This document shows, piece by piece, positions 38,390 through 51,770 of a DNA stretch of 63,223 nt. The notes under the pieces were generated by a model, which ran no database searches, was not told where the DNA came from, and saw only the letters and a list, made by a program, of their open reading frames with translations. Every line of letters begins with the position of its first letter. Positions within the stretch are counted from its first letter, which is position 1. A program made the position numbers and the translations under genes. Source of the DNA: Anolis carolinensis (taxonomy: Eukaryota); the NCBI RefSeq assembly GCF_035594765.1, contig NW_026943826.1, positions 12,566,102-12,629,324 of the forward strand. The letters are read 5' to 3'.

Positions 38390-38734
38390 AACAGCAAGGC
38401 CCTGCCCTTAGGACTTCCACCCTAAGAGAGACATAAAGAGGGAAGAAGGAAGGAAAATGGAAGGAGATGGGGATAATGGGATAAAGAAAGTAAGTTGGAA
38501 GGAAGAGGGATGTAATGAAAGAAGGAAGGAAGGAGGAAAAAGGGAAGGAAGGAGAAGATAGGAAGGAATGATAAAAGAGGGATGGAACAAAGGAAGAAAA
38601 TCCCTAGGAAGGTGTTCTTTATATTAACTTTAGGTCCTAAAGAGGAGATTTTAATCAAATCTGTGAATAATAAAATATGTAAAACTACATAATAAAGGCC
38701 AAAATTGTTTTTTTGTGTGTTTTTTGAAAGAGGA

Positions 38735-41700
38735 AAAGAGGCCAGGAAACGCCAGCAAAGACTCCATTAAAAGCTTAAGGACTGGCAGTGGAGATCCCAT
38801 AAAGAGGTCAGGAAATGCTGGCAGGGACCCCGTAAAGAGGCCAGGAAAAGCCAGCAAGGACTCCATTAAAAAGTTAAGGACTGGCAGTGGAGACCCCGTA
38901 AAAAGGTCAGGAAATACTGGCAGGGACCCCATAAAGAGGCCAAGGAAAGCCAGCAAGGACTCCATTAAAAAGTTAAGGACTGGCAGTGGAGACCCCGTAA
39001 AAAGGTCAGGAAATACTGGCAGGGACCCCATAAAGAGGCCAAGGAAAGCCAGCAAGGACTCCATTAAAAAGTTAAGGACTGGCAGTGGAGACCCCGTAAA
39101 AAGGTCAGGAAATACTGGCAGGGACCCCATAAAGAGGCCAAGGAAAGCCAGCAAGGACTCCATTAAAAAGTTAAGGATTGGCAGTGGAGACCCCGTAAAA
39201 AGGTCAGGAAATACTGGCAGGGACCCCATAAAGAGGCCAAGGAAAGCCAGCAAGGACTCCATTAAAAAGTTAAGGACTGGCAGTGGAGACCCCGTAAAAA
39301 GGTCAGGAAATACTGGCAGGGACCCCATAAAGAGGCCAAGGAAAGCCAGCAAGGACTCCATTAAAAAGTTAAGGACTGGCAGTGGAGACCCCGTAAAAAG
39401 GTCAGGAAATACTGGCAGGGACCCCATAAAGAGGCCACGGAAAGCCAGCAAGGACTCCATTAAAAAGTTAAGGATTGGCAGTGGAGACCCCGTAAAAAGG
39501 TCAGAAAATACTGGCAGGGACCCCATAAAGAGGCCACGGAAAGCCAGCAAGGACTCCATTAAAAAGTTAAGGACTGGCAGTGGAGACCCCGTAAAAAGGT
39601 CAGGAAATACTGGCAGGGACCCCATAAAGAGGCCACGGAAAGCCAGCAAGGACTCCATTAAAAAGTTAAGGACTGGCAGTGGAGACCCCGTAAAAAGGTC
39701 AGGAAATACTGGCAGGGACCCCATAAAGAGGCCAAGGAAAGCCAGCAAGGACTCCATTAAAAAGTTAAGGACTGGCAGTGGAGACCCCGTAAAAAGGTCA
39801 GGAAATACTGGCAGGGACCCCATAAAGAGGCCACGGAAAGCCAGCAAGGACTCCATTAAAAAGTTAAGGACTGGCAGTGGAGACCCCGTAAAAAGGTCAG
39901 GAAATACTGGCAGGGACCCCATAAAGAGGCCACGGAAAGCCAGCAAGGACTCCATTAAAAAGTTAAGGACTGGCAGTGGAGACCCCGTAAAAAGGTCAGG
40001 AAATACTGGCAGGGACCCCATAAAGAGGCCAAGGAAAGCCAGCAAGGACTCCATTAAAAAGTTAAGGACTGGCAGTGGAGACCCCGTAAAAAGGTCAGGA
40101 AATACTGGCAGGGACCCCATAAAGAGGCCAAGGAAAGCCAGCAAGGACTCCATTAAAAAGTTAAGGACTGGCAGTGGAGACCCCGTAAAAAGGTCAGGAA
40201 ATACTGGCAGGGACCCCATAAAGAGGCCAAGGAAAGCCAGCAAGGACTCCATTAAAAAGTTAAGGACTGGCAGTGGAGACCCCGTAAAAAGGTCAGGAAA
40301 TACTGGCAGGGACCCCATAAAGAGGCCACGGAAAGCCAGCAAGGACTCCATTAAAAAGTTAAGGACTGGCAGTGGAGACCCCGTAAAAAGGTCAGGAAAT
40401 ACTGGCAGGGACCCCGTAAAGAGGTCAGGAAAAGCCAGCAAGGACTCCATTAAAAAGTTAAGGACTGGCAGTGGAGACCCCGTAAAAAGGTCAGGAAATA
40501 CTGGCAGGGACCCCGTAAAGAGGTCAGGAAAAGCCAGCAAGGACTCCATTAAAAAGTTAAGGACTGGCAGTGGAGACCCCGTAAAAAGGTCAGGAAATAC
40601 TGGCAGGGACCCCATAAAGAGGTCAGGAAAAGCCAGCAAGGACTCCATTAAAAAGTTAAGGACTGGCAGTGGAGACCCCGTAAAAAGGTCAGGAAATACT
40701 GGCAGGGACCCCATAAAGAGGCCACGGAAAGCCAGCAAGGACTCCATTAAAAAGTTAAGGACTGGCAGTGGAGACCCCGTAAAAAGGTCAGGAAATACTG
40801 GCAGGGACCCCATAAAGAGGCCAAGGAAAGCCAGCAAGGACTCCATTAAAAAGTTAAGGACTGGCAGTGGAGACCCCGTAAAAAGGTCAGGAAATACTGG
40901 CAGGGACCCCATAAAGAGGCCAAGGAAAGCCAGCAAGGACTCCATTAAAAAGTTAAGGACTGGCAGTGGAGACCCCGTAAAAAGGTCAGGAAATACTGGC
41001 AGGGACCCCATAAAGAGGCCAAGGAAAGCCAGCAAGGACTCCATTAAAAAGTTAAGGACTGGCAGTGGAGACCCCGTAAAAAGGTCAGGAAATACTGGCA
41101 GGGACCCCATAAAGAGGCCAAGGAAAGCCAGCAAGGACTCCATTAAAAAGTTAAGGACTGGCAGTGGAGACCCCGTAAAAAGGTCAGGAAATACTGGCAG
41201 GGACCCCATAAAGAGGTCAGGAAAAGCCAGCAAGGACTCCATTAAAAAGTTAAGGACTGGCAGTGGAGACCCCGTAAAAAGGTCAGGAAATACTGGCAGG
41301 GACCCCATAAAGAGGCCAAGGAAAGCCAGCAAGGACTCCATTAAAAAGTTAAGGACTGGCAGTGGAGACCCCGTAAAAAGGTCAGGAAATACTGGCAGGG
41401 ACCCCATAAAGAGGCCACGGAAAGCCAGCAAGGACTCCATTAAAAAGTTAAGGACTGGCAGTGGAGACCCCGTAAAAAGGTCAGGAAATACTGGCAGGGA
41501 CCCCATAAAGAGGCCAAGGAAAGCCAGCAAGGACTCCATTAAAAAGTTAAGGACTGGCAGTGGAGACCCCGTAAAAAGGTCAGGAAATACTGGCAGGGAC
41601 CCCATAAAGAGGCCAAGGAAAGCCAGCAAGGACTCCATTAAAAAGTTAAGGACTGGCAGTGGAGACCCCGTAAAAAGGTCAGGAAATACTGGCAGGGACC

Positions 41701-42095
41701 CCATAAAGAGGCCAAGGAAAGCCAGCAAGGACTCCATTAAAAAGTTAAGGACTGGCAGTGTAGACCCCGTAAAAAGGTCAGGAAATACTGGCAGGGACCC
41801 CATAAAGAGGCCACGGAAAGCCAGCAAGGACTCCATTAAAAAGTTAAGGACTGGCAGTGGAGACCCCGTAAAAAGGTCAGGAAATACTGGCAGGGACCCC
41901 ATAAAGAGGCCAAGGAAAGCCAGCAAGGACTCCATTAAAAAGTTAAGGACTGGCAGTGGAGACCCCGTAAAAAGGTCAGGAAATACTGGCAGGGACCCCA
42001 TAAAGAGGTCAGGGAAAGCCAGCAAGGACTCCATTAAAAAGACCCCGTAAAAAGGTCAGGAAATGCCGGCAGGGACCCCATAAAGAGGCCAGGGA
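38735..42095. repeat. Highly homogeneous 99-bp (3x33 bp) satellite, about 33 copies
   Basis: gactccattaaaaag recurs every 99 bp (38859, 38958 ...). Diverged blocks at 43485-44035 and 44330-44745. Confidence 0.97.
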
Positions 42096-45000
42096 TCAGC
42101 ACATGCACAAATCAAAAGCATACATTATACTATACAGTAATACATACAACATTTTTCGAAGTCCAAGAATGCAATAACAGTGAAACAACAATCACCACGA
42201 TTCAAAAAAGGAATAAAAGACCTGCCCAAGCATGAGTTGGAACAGGTGGGTTCTTACCTTTGATGTCTTCTTGACCTGGCAGCGGGTCACACAGGAACAT
42301 CTTCTGCCGAGAGCAAATGCAGAAACTCTGCAGCTCTCCAGGCAAGGAGGAGGCCCTTCCAAGGAGACCTCCCACTCAATTAGGAGGCAATATCAATCCA
42401 GAACAACATAACACAGTATTTCCCCCTATCTGGCCCTCCAGCCAACTATCAAACCCAAGCACCACTATGCTCTGTTTCTAAGAGGAAAACCACTGTTTTT
42501 TAAGGCGGCACCAAAGAGTAATATAAAGCACATTATTTCTAATTCAGGTAGAGCTACCCATGTAAAATTGTGACATTTAAAAGGTATATAAATGCGGAAA
42601 TAACCTACGCAGTTGTTATTGTCACTGTCATTGACATTGGTTATTCACATCCACAAATCAAATGCAACATTATCCCAAAATACACACATCAGTTGTCAAA
42701 GTATGCAGTAATCCCAAGAATGTAAACACAGTGCAACGACGACCACAGTGCAAAGAATAAAAGACCTGCCCAAGCATGAGTTGGAACAGGTGGGTTCTTA
42801 CCTTTGATGTCTTCTTCACCTGGCTTCGAGTGGTCCTGGCGGTGGGTCATGCGGGCAAGCCGCATGGGTTTTCTGCCGAGAGCATATGCAGAAACTCTGC
42901 AGCTCTCCAGGCAAGGAGGAGGCCCCTCCAAGGAGACCTCCCACTCAATAAGGAGGCAATATCAAGCCAGAACAACACAACACAATCTTTCTCCTTATCT
43001 GGCCCTCTAGCCAACCATCCAATCTAAGCAGAAGGTAGTGTTTGTCTTTTGAATGAGTGTTTTGGGCATGTTCTCATGCACCATACATTCAGAAGAGTCT
43101 TTAGTAGCCTTTGTAAATTTAGGTAGCGCTACCCTTGTAAAATCATTGTGACATTTAAAAGGTATATAAATGCAGAAATAACCGACACAATTGTTACTCC
43201 CACTGGCATTGACTTTGGTCGTTCACATACACAAAGCAAATGCAACATTATCCCATAATATACACATCAGTTTGTAGTATCCCACCAAGTATGTAAACAT
43301 AGTACAACAACGACAATCACAGTGGAATAAATAAAATACCTGCCCAAGCATGAGTTGGAACAGGAGGGTTCTTACCTTTGATGTCTTCTTGACCTGGCAG
43401 CGGGTCACACAGGAACATCTTCTGCCGAGAGCAAATGCAGAAACTCTGCAGCTCTCCAGGCAAGGAGGAGGCCCTTCCAAGAGGACCTCCATTAAAAGGT
43501 TTAGGACTGGCAGTGGAGACCCCATAAAGAGGTCAGGAAATGCCAGCAGGGACCCCATAAAGAGGCTGGGGAAAGCCAGCAAGGGCTCCATTAAAATATT
43601 TAGGACTGGCAGAAGAGACCCCATAAAGAGGTCAGGAAATGCCGGCAAGGACTCCATTACAAGGTTAAAGATTGGCAGTGGAGACCCCATAAAGAGGCCG
43701 GGGAAAGCCAGCAAGGGCTCCATTAAAATATTTAGGACTGGCAGAAGAGACCCCATAAAGAGGTCAGGAATTGCCGGCAAGGACTCCATTACAAGGTTAA
43801 AGATTGGCAGTGGAGACCCCATAAAGAGGACGGGGAAAGCCAGCAAGGGCTCCATTAAAATATTTAGGACTGGCAGAAGAGACCCCATAAAGAGGTCAGG
43901 AAATGCCGGCAGAGACCCCATAAAGAGGCCGGGGAAAGCCAGCAAGGACCCCATTAAAGGGATAAGGACTGGCAGTAGAGACCCCGTAAAGAGGTCAGGA
44001 AATGCCGGCAGGGACCCCATAAAGACGCCAGGGATCAGCACATACACAAATCAAATGCATACATTATACTATACAGTAATACACCCAACATTTTCAAAGT
44101 CTGCAGTAGCTTTCCCCCCCCGCCCCCCAAAATGCAATAACAGTGCAATAACAATCGTCACAATGCAAAAAAGGAATAAAAGACCTGCCCAAGCATGAGT
44201 TGGAACAGGTGGGTTCTTACCTTTGATGTCTTCTTCTCCTGGCAGCGGGTCACACAGGAACATCTTCTGCCGAGAGCAAATGCAGAAACTCTGCAGCTCT
44301 CCAGGCAAGGAGGAGGCCCCTCCAAGGGGACCTCCATTAAAAGGTTAAGGACTGGCAGTAGAGACCCCTTAAAGAGGTCAGGAAAGCCGGTAGGGACCCC
44401 CATAAAGAGGCCGGGGAAAGCCAGCAAGGGCTCCATTAAAAGGTTAATGATTGGCAATAGAGACCCCGTAAAGAGGTCAGGAAATACTGGCAGGGACCCC
44501 ATAAAGAGGCCAGAGAAGGCCAGCAAAGACTCCATTAAAAGGTTAAGGACTGGCAGAAGAGACCCCGTAAAGAGGTCAGGAAATGCCGGCAGGGACGCCA
44601 TTAAAAAGTTAAAGACTGGCAGTGGAGACCCCATAAAGAGGCCGGGGAAAGCCAGCAAGGGCTCCATTAAAATATTTAGGACTGGCAGAAGAGACCCCAT
44701 AAAGAGGTCAGGAAATGCCAGAAGGGACCCATAAAGAGGTCAGGGATCAGCACATACACAAATCAAATGCATACATTATACTATACAGTAATACACACAA
44801 TAGTTTTCAAAGTCTGCAGTAGCTCACCCCCCACCCCCACCCCCCAAGAATGCAATAACAGTGCAACAACAATCACTACAATGCAAAAAAAGGAATAAAA
44901 TACCTGCCCAAGCATGAGTTGGAACAGGTGGGTTCTTACCTTTGATGTCTTCTTGACCTGGCAGCGGTCACACAGGAACATCTTCTGCCGAGAGCAAATG

Positions 45001-45141
45001 CAGAAAGTCTGCAGCTCTCCAGGCAAGGAGGAGGCCCCTCCAAGAAGGCCTCCCTCTCAATTAGGAGGCAGTATCAATCCAGAACATCATAACACAATCT
45101 TTCCCTTAATCTAGTCTTATCTGGACCATCTGATCCAAGTA

Positions 45142-45464
45142 CAGTAGAGTCTCACTTATCCAACACTCGCATATCCAACGTTCTGGATTATCCAACGCAT
45201 TTTTGTAGTCAATGTTTTCAATACATCGTGATATTTTGGTGCTAAATTTGTAAATACAGTAATTACTACTTAGCATTACTGCATATTGATTTACCTTTTC
45301 TGCCAAATTTGTTGTTAAACATGATGTTTTGGTGCTTTATTTGTAAAATCATAACCTAATTTGATGTTTAATAGGCTTTTCCTTAATCCCTCCTTATTAT
45401 CCAACATATTCACTTATCCAACGTTCTGCTGGCCCATTTATGTTGGATAAGTGAGACTCTACTG
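45142..45464. mobile_element. Tc1/mariner MITE
   Basis: Same TIRs and TA flanks. Confidence 0.88.
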
Positions 45465-47122
45465 TACCACTATACATTGTTCTTATGAAGAAAATCACCG
45501 AGACTGCCAAAAATCTTTTGAATGGATGGCGCATGAGAACATGCCCAAAACACTCATTCAAAAGACAAAGACTACCTTCTGCTTAGATATGCTCTGAAAC
45601 CTCATTCCAACAACCACAAGTACACATTGGAAACAACCTGTCCCAAACCGAAAAGGTTTGTAAAGCATCAAAAGGACCGCGGAAAGATCCAAAGAAAACC
45701 ATGTAAATTGGGGATGGGCTGACAAATTTAGAAGCCGCACAGTTGGAGGAAGGACCCCCCACATTGATCTTGACCTATGGCAATGCCAAAGGAAAATAAA
45801 GCCCTTGATTTTTTTCCTAATTTAGATAAGGTGTCCCTGTCAAATCATGTCATTTTTAAGGTATACAAATGCAGAAACAACCAACACAATTGTTAACTGG
45901 AGGTTGTACTGGAAGAGCAGATCAGAAGCCACCTGAACCCAATAAAGCTCTCAAGTGGACACAGCTGCATCCATAGGGTTGGAAGACATAAATTTAAATG
46001 GAGAGCCATTCAAGTAACTTTTAAACAACCATCCTGCTACATTAGAGACACAATGTGTATCCCATGTAATTTCATCTCCTAATAAAGTACAATGTTTCAG
46101 TATGTGTACCTTACTTTTGCCTATTTTGTCATTTTGCTACAAAGATTTTGTTGGGTAGAGATCAACCATTGGGCATTATGTTACAGTAACCAATAAGGAA
46201 TTGTAGAACAAAACATTACAAACTATTTTGTATCTAGTCTCTCTAAGTTTGCAATTCAATCCAGACTCAGTGAAGGCCCTGAATAAGTCAAAGCCCAGCA
46301 GCAGCAAAACTACACACCAATACCGTACTATTGTTGTCACAAAGCATGGCCTTTCTTTCTAAACTGGCGATCGCAACCACAGCAAACATGTATAACATCC
46401 CATCTTTGGCATAAACAACCTCTAAGACTTCAAATCACATACATTTGAAATAACTTTCTCCAATACAAAAAGGCATGAAAAGCAAAATGTAGAATAGGAA
46501 CAAAAGGCCTGCCCAAGCATGAGTTGGAACAGGTGAGTGCCTACCTTTGATGTCTTCTTCGATTGACCTGGAATGGTCCTGGTGAGAGAAAATGCAAAAC
46601 AAAAAAAAATGCAAGAATTGTAACAAAACAAAACATCAATACAGAAAAATTATTATTATTATAATTATTAATTATTTTTATACCCTGCCTCCACCTCTTC
46701 GAAGGGACTCGGGGCGGCTTACATGGGGCCAAACCCAATTAGTCACAAACAGTGCAAAAGAAATGACAATATAATTTTTTTTATTTATTTATTACAATAT
46801 TTATATCCCACCCTTCTCACCCAATAGGGGACTCAGGGCGGCTTACAATAATACACATATATACAATTGTGCAATACATTGTGAATCAATTAAAAAGTTA
46901 TTAAATTACATCAGACATTCATAAAAGCACTTATAAAATACAGATGGGCATGTTCCAATCTTTAAAACATATTAAAATCACATATACAATAAAACATAGT
47001 TGGATAAAAACCTGAGGTACTCCTAAACCAAAGCGGGCCAGAAGAAAGTGCATATAGTAGGAATGTAAACTAAGAGGTAAATAACCCAGGACTATTATAT
47101 AGAAAGGGCTTGGGATGAGGTA

Positions 47123-47456
47123 CAGTAGAGTCCCACTTATCCAAGCTTCACTTATCCAATGTTCTGTATTATCCAACGCAGTCTGCCTTTCGGTAGTCAA
47201 TGTTTTTGTAGTAAACGTTGCAATGTTTTGGTGCTAAATTTGTAAATACAGTAATTACTACATAACATTACTGTGTATTGAACTGCTTTTTCTGTCAATT
47301 TGTTGTAAAACATGATGTTTTGGTGATTAATTTGTAAAATCATAACATAATTTTATGTTTAATAGACTTTTTTCTTAATCCCTCCTTATTATCCAACATT
47401 TTCGCTTATCCAATGTTCTGCTGGTCCATTTAACTTGTATAAGTGAGACTCTACTG
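47123..47456. mobile_element. Tc1/mariner MITE (diverged)
   Basis: Same TIRs and TA flanks. Confidence 0.85.
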
Positions 47457-47937
47457 TACTCTACTGTACATTGAAAATAACTTTCTCCACTACAAAATGG
47501 CATGGAAAAGCAAAAGCCCACAATGTAGAATTCCTGCCCAAAAGGCCTGCCCAAGCATGAGTTGGAAAAGGTGAGCATCTACCTTTGATGTCTCCTTCAA
47601 TTCACCTGGAATGGTCCTGGTGGTGGGTCGTGCAGGAATGTCACATTGACTTTACTGGTGAACGAAAATGCAAAAAAAAAAAAACTGTTTAAAGAATTGA
47701 AACAAAACTAAACACCAAAATACAGATCTAGAATGAGGACTAGAATGAGGAATATATGGCTTGGAAACATGTGAAAAGCATCTTGGGATTATATTCAAAA
47801 ATATATGGAACACAGTCAACAAGATATTATGGTGGCAAAAAAAATGAAGAGAGAAATGCAATTATGGACTAAGTTAACAGAAATATAGCTTACAATTTAA
47901 TATCTAATAAGTCATTGGTTCTTCCTATCATTTCGCC

Positions 47938-47998
47938 GTCTCCCATCCAAGTGCTAACCAGGACGGATGTGCTTAGCTTCCAAGAACAATCGGGGTCT
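47938..47998 (-). pseudogene. 5S rRNA-derived fragment (5S-SINE head or pseudogene)
   Basis: gtctcccatccaagtgctaaccagg...tgcttagcttcc is a degenerate reverse complement of the 5S internal control region; truncated. Confidence 0.7.
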
Positions 47999-48579
47999 AA
48001 TATGTTTACACCAAGTACTGTATATACTTGAGTATAAGCCTAGTTTTTCAGCCCTTTTTTTTAAGACTGAAAAAGCCCCCCTTGGCTTATACTCGGGTGA
48101 GGGTCCTGGTTGGCTTATATTTGGTTCAGCTTATACTCAAGAATATATGGTATATTTATTATTTTTCTCTATTATTATCACATTTATTATTTTTCTCTAT
48201 TATTGTTGCTATTATTACATTTATTTTACTCTATTTATTATTATTATTAATAATACATTTATTATTTCACTCTGATATTATATTTATTATTTTTCTCTAT
48301 TATTGTTGCTATTATTACATTTATTTTACTCTATTTTTTATTATTATTATTATTACATTTATTATTTCACTCTGATCTTATTATATTTATTATTTTACTC
48401 TATTTATTACTACATGTATTATTTTCCTATATTATATATTATTATTATTACACGTATTATTTTACTCTATTATTATTAAAGGGATACATAAGCACATTTA
48501 ACATTGGAGAAGATGAGAATAATGATTTAATCAGAGCTGGACAGTCTTATCTTAAAGTTTTATGTAAATATTCAAAATA

Positions 48580-49277
48580 CAGTAAAGTTTCACTTATCAA
48601 AACTAAACGGGCCGGCAGAACCTTGGATAAGCAAATATCTTGGATAATAAGGAGGGATTAAGGAAAAGCCTATTAAATACCAAATTAGGTTATGATTTTA
48701 CAAATTAAGCACCAAAACATCATGTTTTACAACAAATTTAACATAAAAAGCAGTTCAATACACAGTAATGTTATGTTGTAATTACTGTATTTACGAATTT
48801 AGCACCAAAATATCACGATACAGTAGAGTCTCACTTATCCAATGTTCTGGACTATCCAAGCCATTTTTGTAGTCAATGTTTTCAATATATTGTGATATTT
48901 TGGTGCTAAATTCGTAAATACAGTAATTGCAACATAACATTGCTGTGTATTGAACTGCTTTTTCTATCAAATTTGTTGTATAACATGGTGTTTTGGTGCT
49001 TAATTTGTAAAATCATAACCTAATTTGATGTTTAATAGGCTTTTCCTTAATCCCTCCTTATTATCCAAGATATTCGCTTAACCAAGCTTCTGCCGGCCCG
49101 TTTAGCTTGGATAAGTGAGACTCTACTGTATTATATTACAGTAGAGTCTCACTTATCCAACATTCGCTTATATTGCAATTGAGACTCTACTGTATATTGA
49201 AAACATTGACTACAAAAATGTGTTGGATAATCCAGAAGCTTGGATAAGCGAGTCTTGGATAAGTGAAACTCTATTGT
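48580..49277. mobile_element. Nested MITEs: an outer copy interrupted by a full copy (48821-49128) and a 54-bp mini copy (49139-49192)
   Basis: The outer element breaks at cacgaTA and resumes TAtattgaaaacattgac; the inner copies have complete TIRs. Confidence 0.85.
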
Positions 49278-49569
49278 ATTACACTGTATAACATGATTTT
49301 TGTTCCTGGGTTATTAATATAATGTCCCAATTGGTCCTACCATAAAAATGTGGGGAAAGTGTATTAAAAGGCCCAAACTTTCTTTGTGCAGCACACTTGG
49401 GTCCTAGTTTTTCAATGAATATCTCGTCAAGTCTCAACTAATTCAAGCTAGTTCGTGGCAGCTACAAAAAAACAAAGTTTCTGGAAGATAACCATTATTT
49501 TTAAAGTCAGGACAGCACAATTAATTAGGAAATAACTCCCATACCAATGGACGACGAGAGCAAAAGATA

Positions 49570-50355
49570 TTCTCCTCAGGACGCGCTCGCGTCGTTTTTA
49601 CCTCAGGACGCGCTTATATACTCCCCACTTATTTGCTCGGCCCCGCCCTAATCGCTCCATCCGGGCTTCCCATTGGCCGCGCGCCCTGCCCATCACGAGC
49701 GGCTTTGGTTTTTTTTTTACCTCAGCACGCGCTCACACACTTCTTAGCCCCGCCCTAACCCCTTCATCCGGGCCTCCCATTGGCCGCGCGCCCTGCCCAT
49801 CAAGGGCGGCACGCGACCACTTAAAGGCGGCGGGCGGGAAAATGGACGCATGCGCAGAGCGGCGTTCGCTTATTTTTACCTCAGGACGCTCTTATTATAC
49901 ATACAAGTCTATCCTTCCCGCCTATTTGCTTGGCCCCGCCCAAAAATCCCTTCATCCGGGCCTCCCATTGGCCACGCGCCCTGCCCGTCACGGGCGGCAC
50001 GCGACCACTTAAAGGCGGCGGGCGGGAAAACTGACGCATGCGCAGAGCGGCCTTCGCTTATTTTACCTCAGGACGCGCTTATTATACATACAAAGTCTAT
50101 CCTTCCCGCCTATTTGCTTGGCCCCGCCCAAAAATCCCTTCATCCCGGCCACCCATTGGCCGCGCGCCCTGCCCATCACGAGCGGCTTTGGTTTTTTTTT
50201 TTTAAACTCAGCACGCGCTTATACACTTCGTAGCCCCGCCCTAATCCCTTCATCCGGGCCTCCCATTGGCCGCGCGCCCTGCCCATCACGAGCGGCACGC
50301 GACCACTTGGGACAACCTCGAGCGGGAAAACTGACGCATGCGCAGAGCGGCTTGG
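49570..50355. promoter_or_regulatory. Orphan CpG island built from tandemly duplicated promoter modules
   Basis: 5x GC box (ccccgccc) with CCAAT (cccattggcc), and 3x E2F-like gcgggaaaa with NRF1 cgcatgcgc. Dense CpG in AT-rich surroundings. Confidence 0.7.
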
Positions 50356-50361
50356 TTCGAA

Positions 50362-50575
50362 ATATGGCTGCCTGGCATTGTTCCAGAAGCAGCATTCTCT
50401 CCTGACGTTTCGCCCACATCTATGGCAGGCATGCTCAGAAGTTGTGAGGTCTCTTGGAAAATAAGCGAGTGGGGTTTATTATACCAGCATCAAATGGCTT
50501 TGTAGCTTCAAAGCCTGGCTGCTTCCTGCCTGGGGGGAATCCTTTGTTGGGAGGTGTTAGCTGGCCCTGATTATT
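50362..50575 (-). mobile_element. Penelope-like fragment with a mutated hammerhead core (CUGAGCA)
   Basis: Reverse complement of the 35437 element at 50365-50450, followed by aaagcctggctgcttcctgcc...gttagctggccctgatt. Confidence 0.7.
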
Positions 50576-50579
50576 TAAT

Positions 50580-50726
50580 AATAAATATAATATATATTAG
50601 TATATATACATATAATATATATTATAATACATATAATAATCATAAATATATAAATATAGTACATATATATATAATATACATATAATATTATATATTATAA
50701 TACATATAATAATACATATATTCCTA

Positions 50727-50759
<33 letters not shown>

Positions 50760-51737
50760 TAAATAGAGTACATATAATAATACATATATTCCTAAATAAT
50801 AATGTTAATAATAATGATAATGAAATGCCAAATAATAATAATAATAATTAGAGTACATATAATAATACATATATTTCTAAATAATAATAATAATAATAAT
50901 AATAATAATTAAATAGAGTACATATAATAATACATATATTCCTAAATAATAATAATACTTAAATAGAGTACATATAATAATACATATATTCCTAAATAAT
51001 AATGTTAATAATAATGATAATGAAATGCCAAATAATAATAATTAATTAGAGTACATATAATAATACATATATTCCTAAATAATAATGTTAATAATAATGA
51101 TAATGAAATGCCAAATAATAATAATAAGAATTAAATAGAGTACATATAATAATACATATATTTCTAAATAATAATAATAATAATAATAATTAAATAGAGT
51201 ACATATAATAATACATATATTCCTAAATAATAATAATAATAATACTTAAATAGAGTACATATAATAATACATATATTCCTAAATAATAATGTTAATAATA
51301 ATGATAATGAAATGCCAAATAATAATAATTAATTAGAGTACATATAATAATACATATATTCCTAAATAATAATGTTAATAATAATGATAATGAAATGCCA
51401 AATAATAATAATAATAATTAAATAGAGTACATATAATAATACATATATTTCTAAATAATAATAATAATAATAATAATTAAATAGAGTACATATAATAATA
51501 CATATATTCCTAAATAATAATAATAATAATACTTAAATAGAGTACATATAATAATACATATATTCCTAAATAATAATGTTAATAATAATGATAATGAAAT
51601 GCCAAATAATAATAATTAATTAGAGTACATATAATAATACATATATTCCTAAATAATAATGTTAATAATAATGATAATGAAATGCCAAATAATAATAATA
51701 ATTAAATAGAGTACATATAATAATACATATATTCTTA

Positions 51738-51769
<32 letters not shown>

Positions 51770-51770
51770 A
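50580..51770. repeat. AT-rich minisatellite (agagtacatataataatacatatattcctaaataataat)
   Basis: Visible tandem repetition. Confidence 0.88.

Larger units (their letters stand above)
42095..47720. repeat. About seven diverged 0.6-1.1 kb duplicated modules sharing cctgcccaagcatgagttggaacaggtg..accttgatgtc
   Basis: Core seen at about 42221, 42764, 43339, 44184, 44903, 46508 and 47546. Confidence 0.88.

Noticed and set aside
38700-38730. Splice acceptor joining gene 3 to the basic repeat ORF
   Set aside because: The T/GT tract follows two AATAAA signals and is better explained as the downstream polyadenylation element; gene 3 already has a stop at 38389.
47938-47998. Functional 5S rRNA gene
   Set aside because: Only about 60 degenerate nt, with both ends missing.
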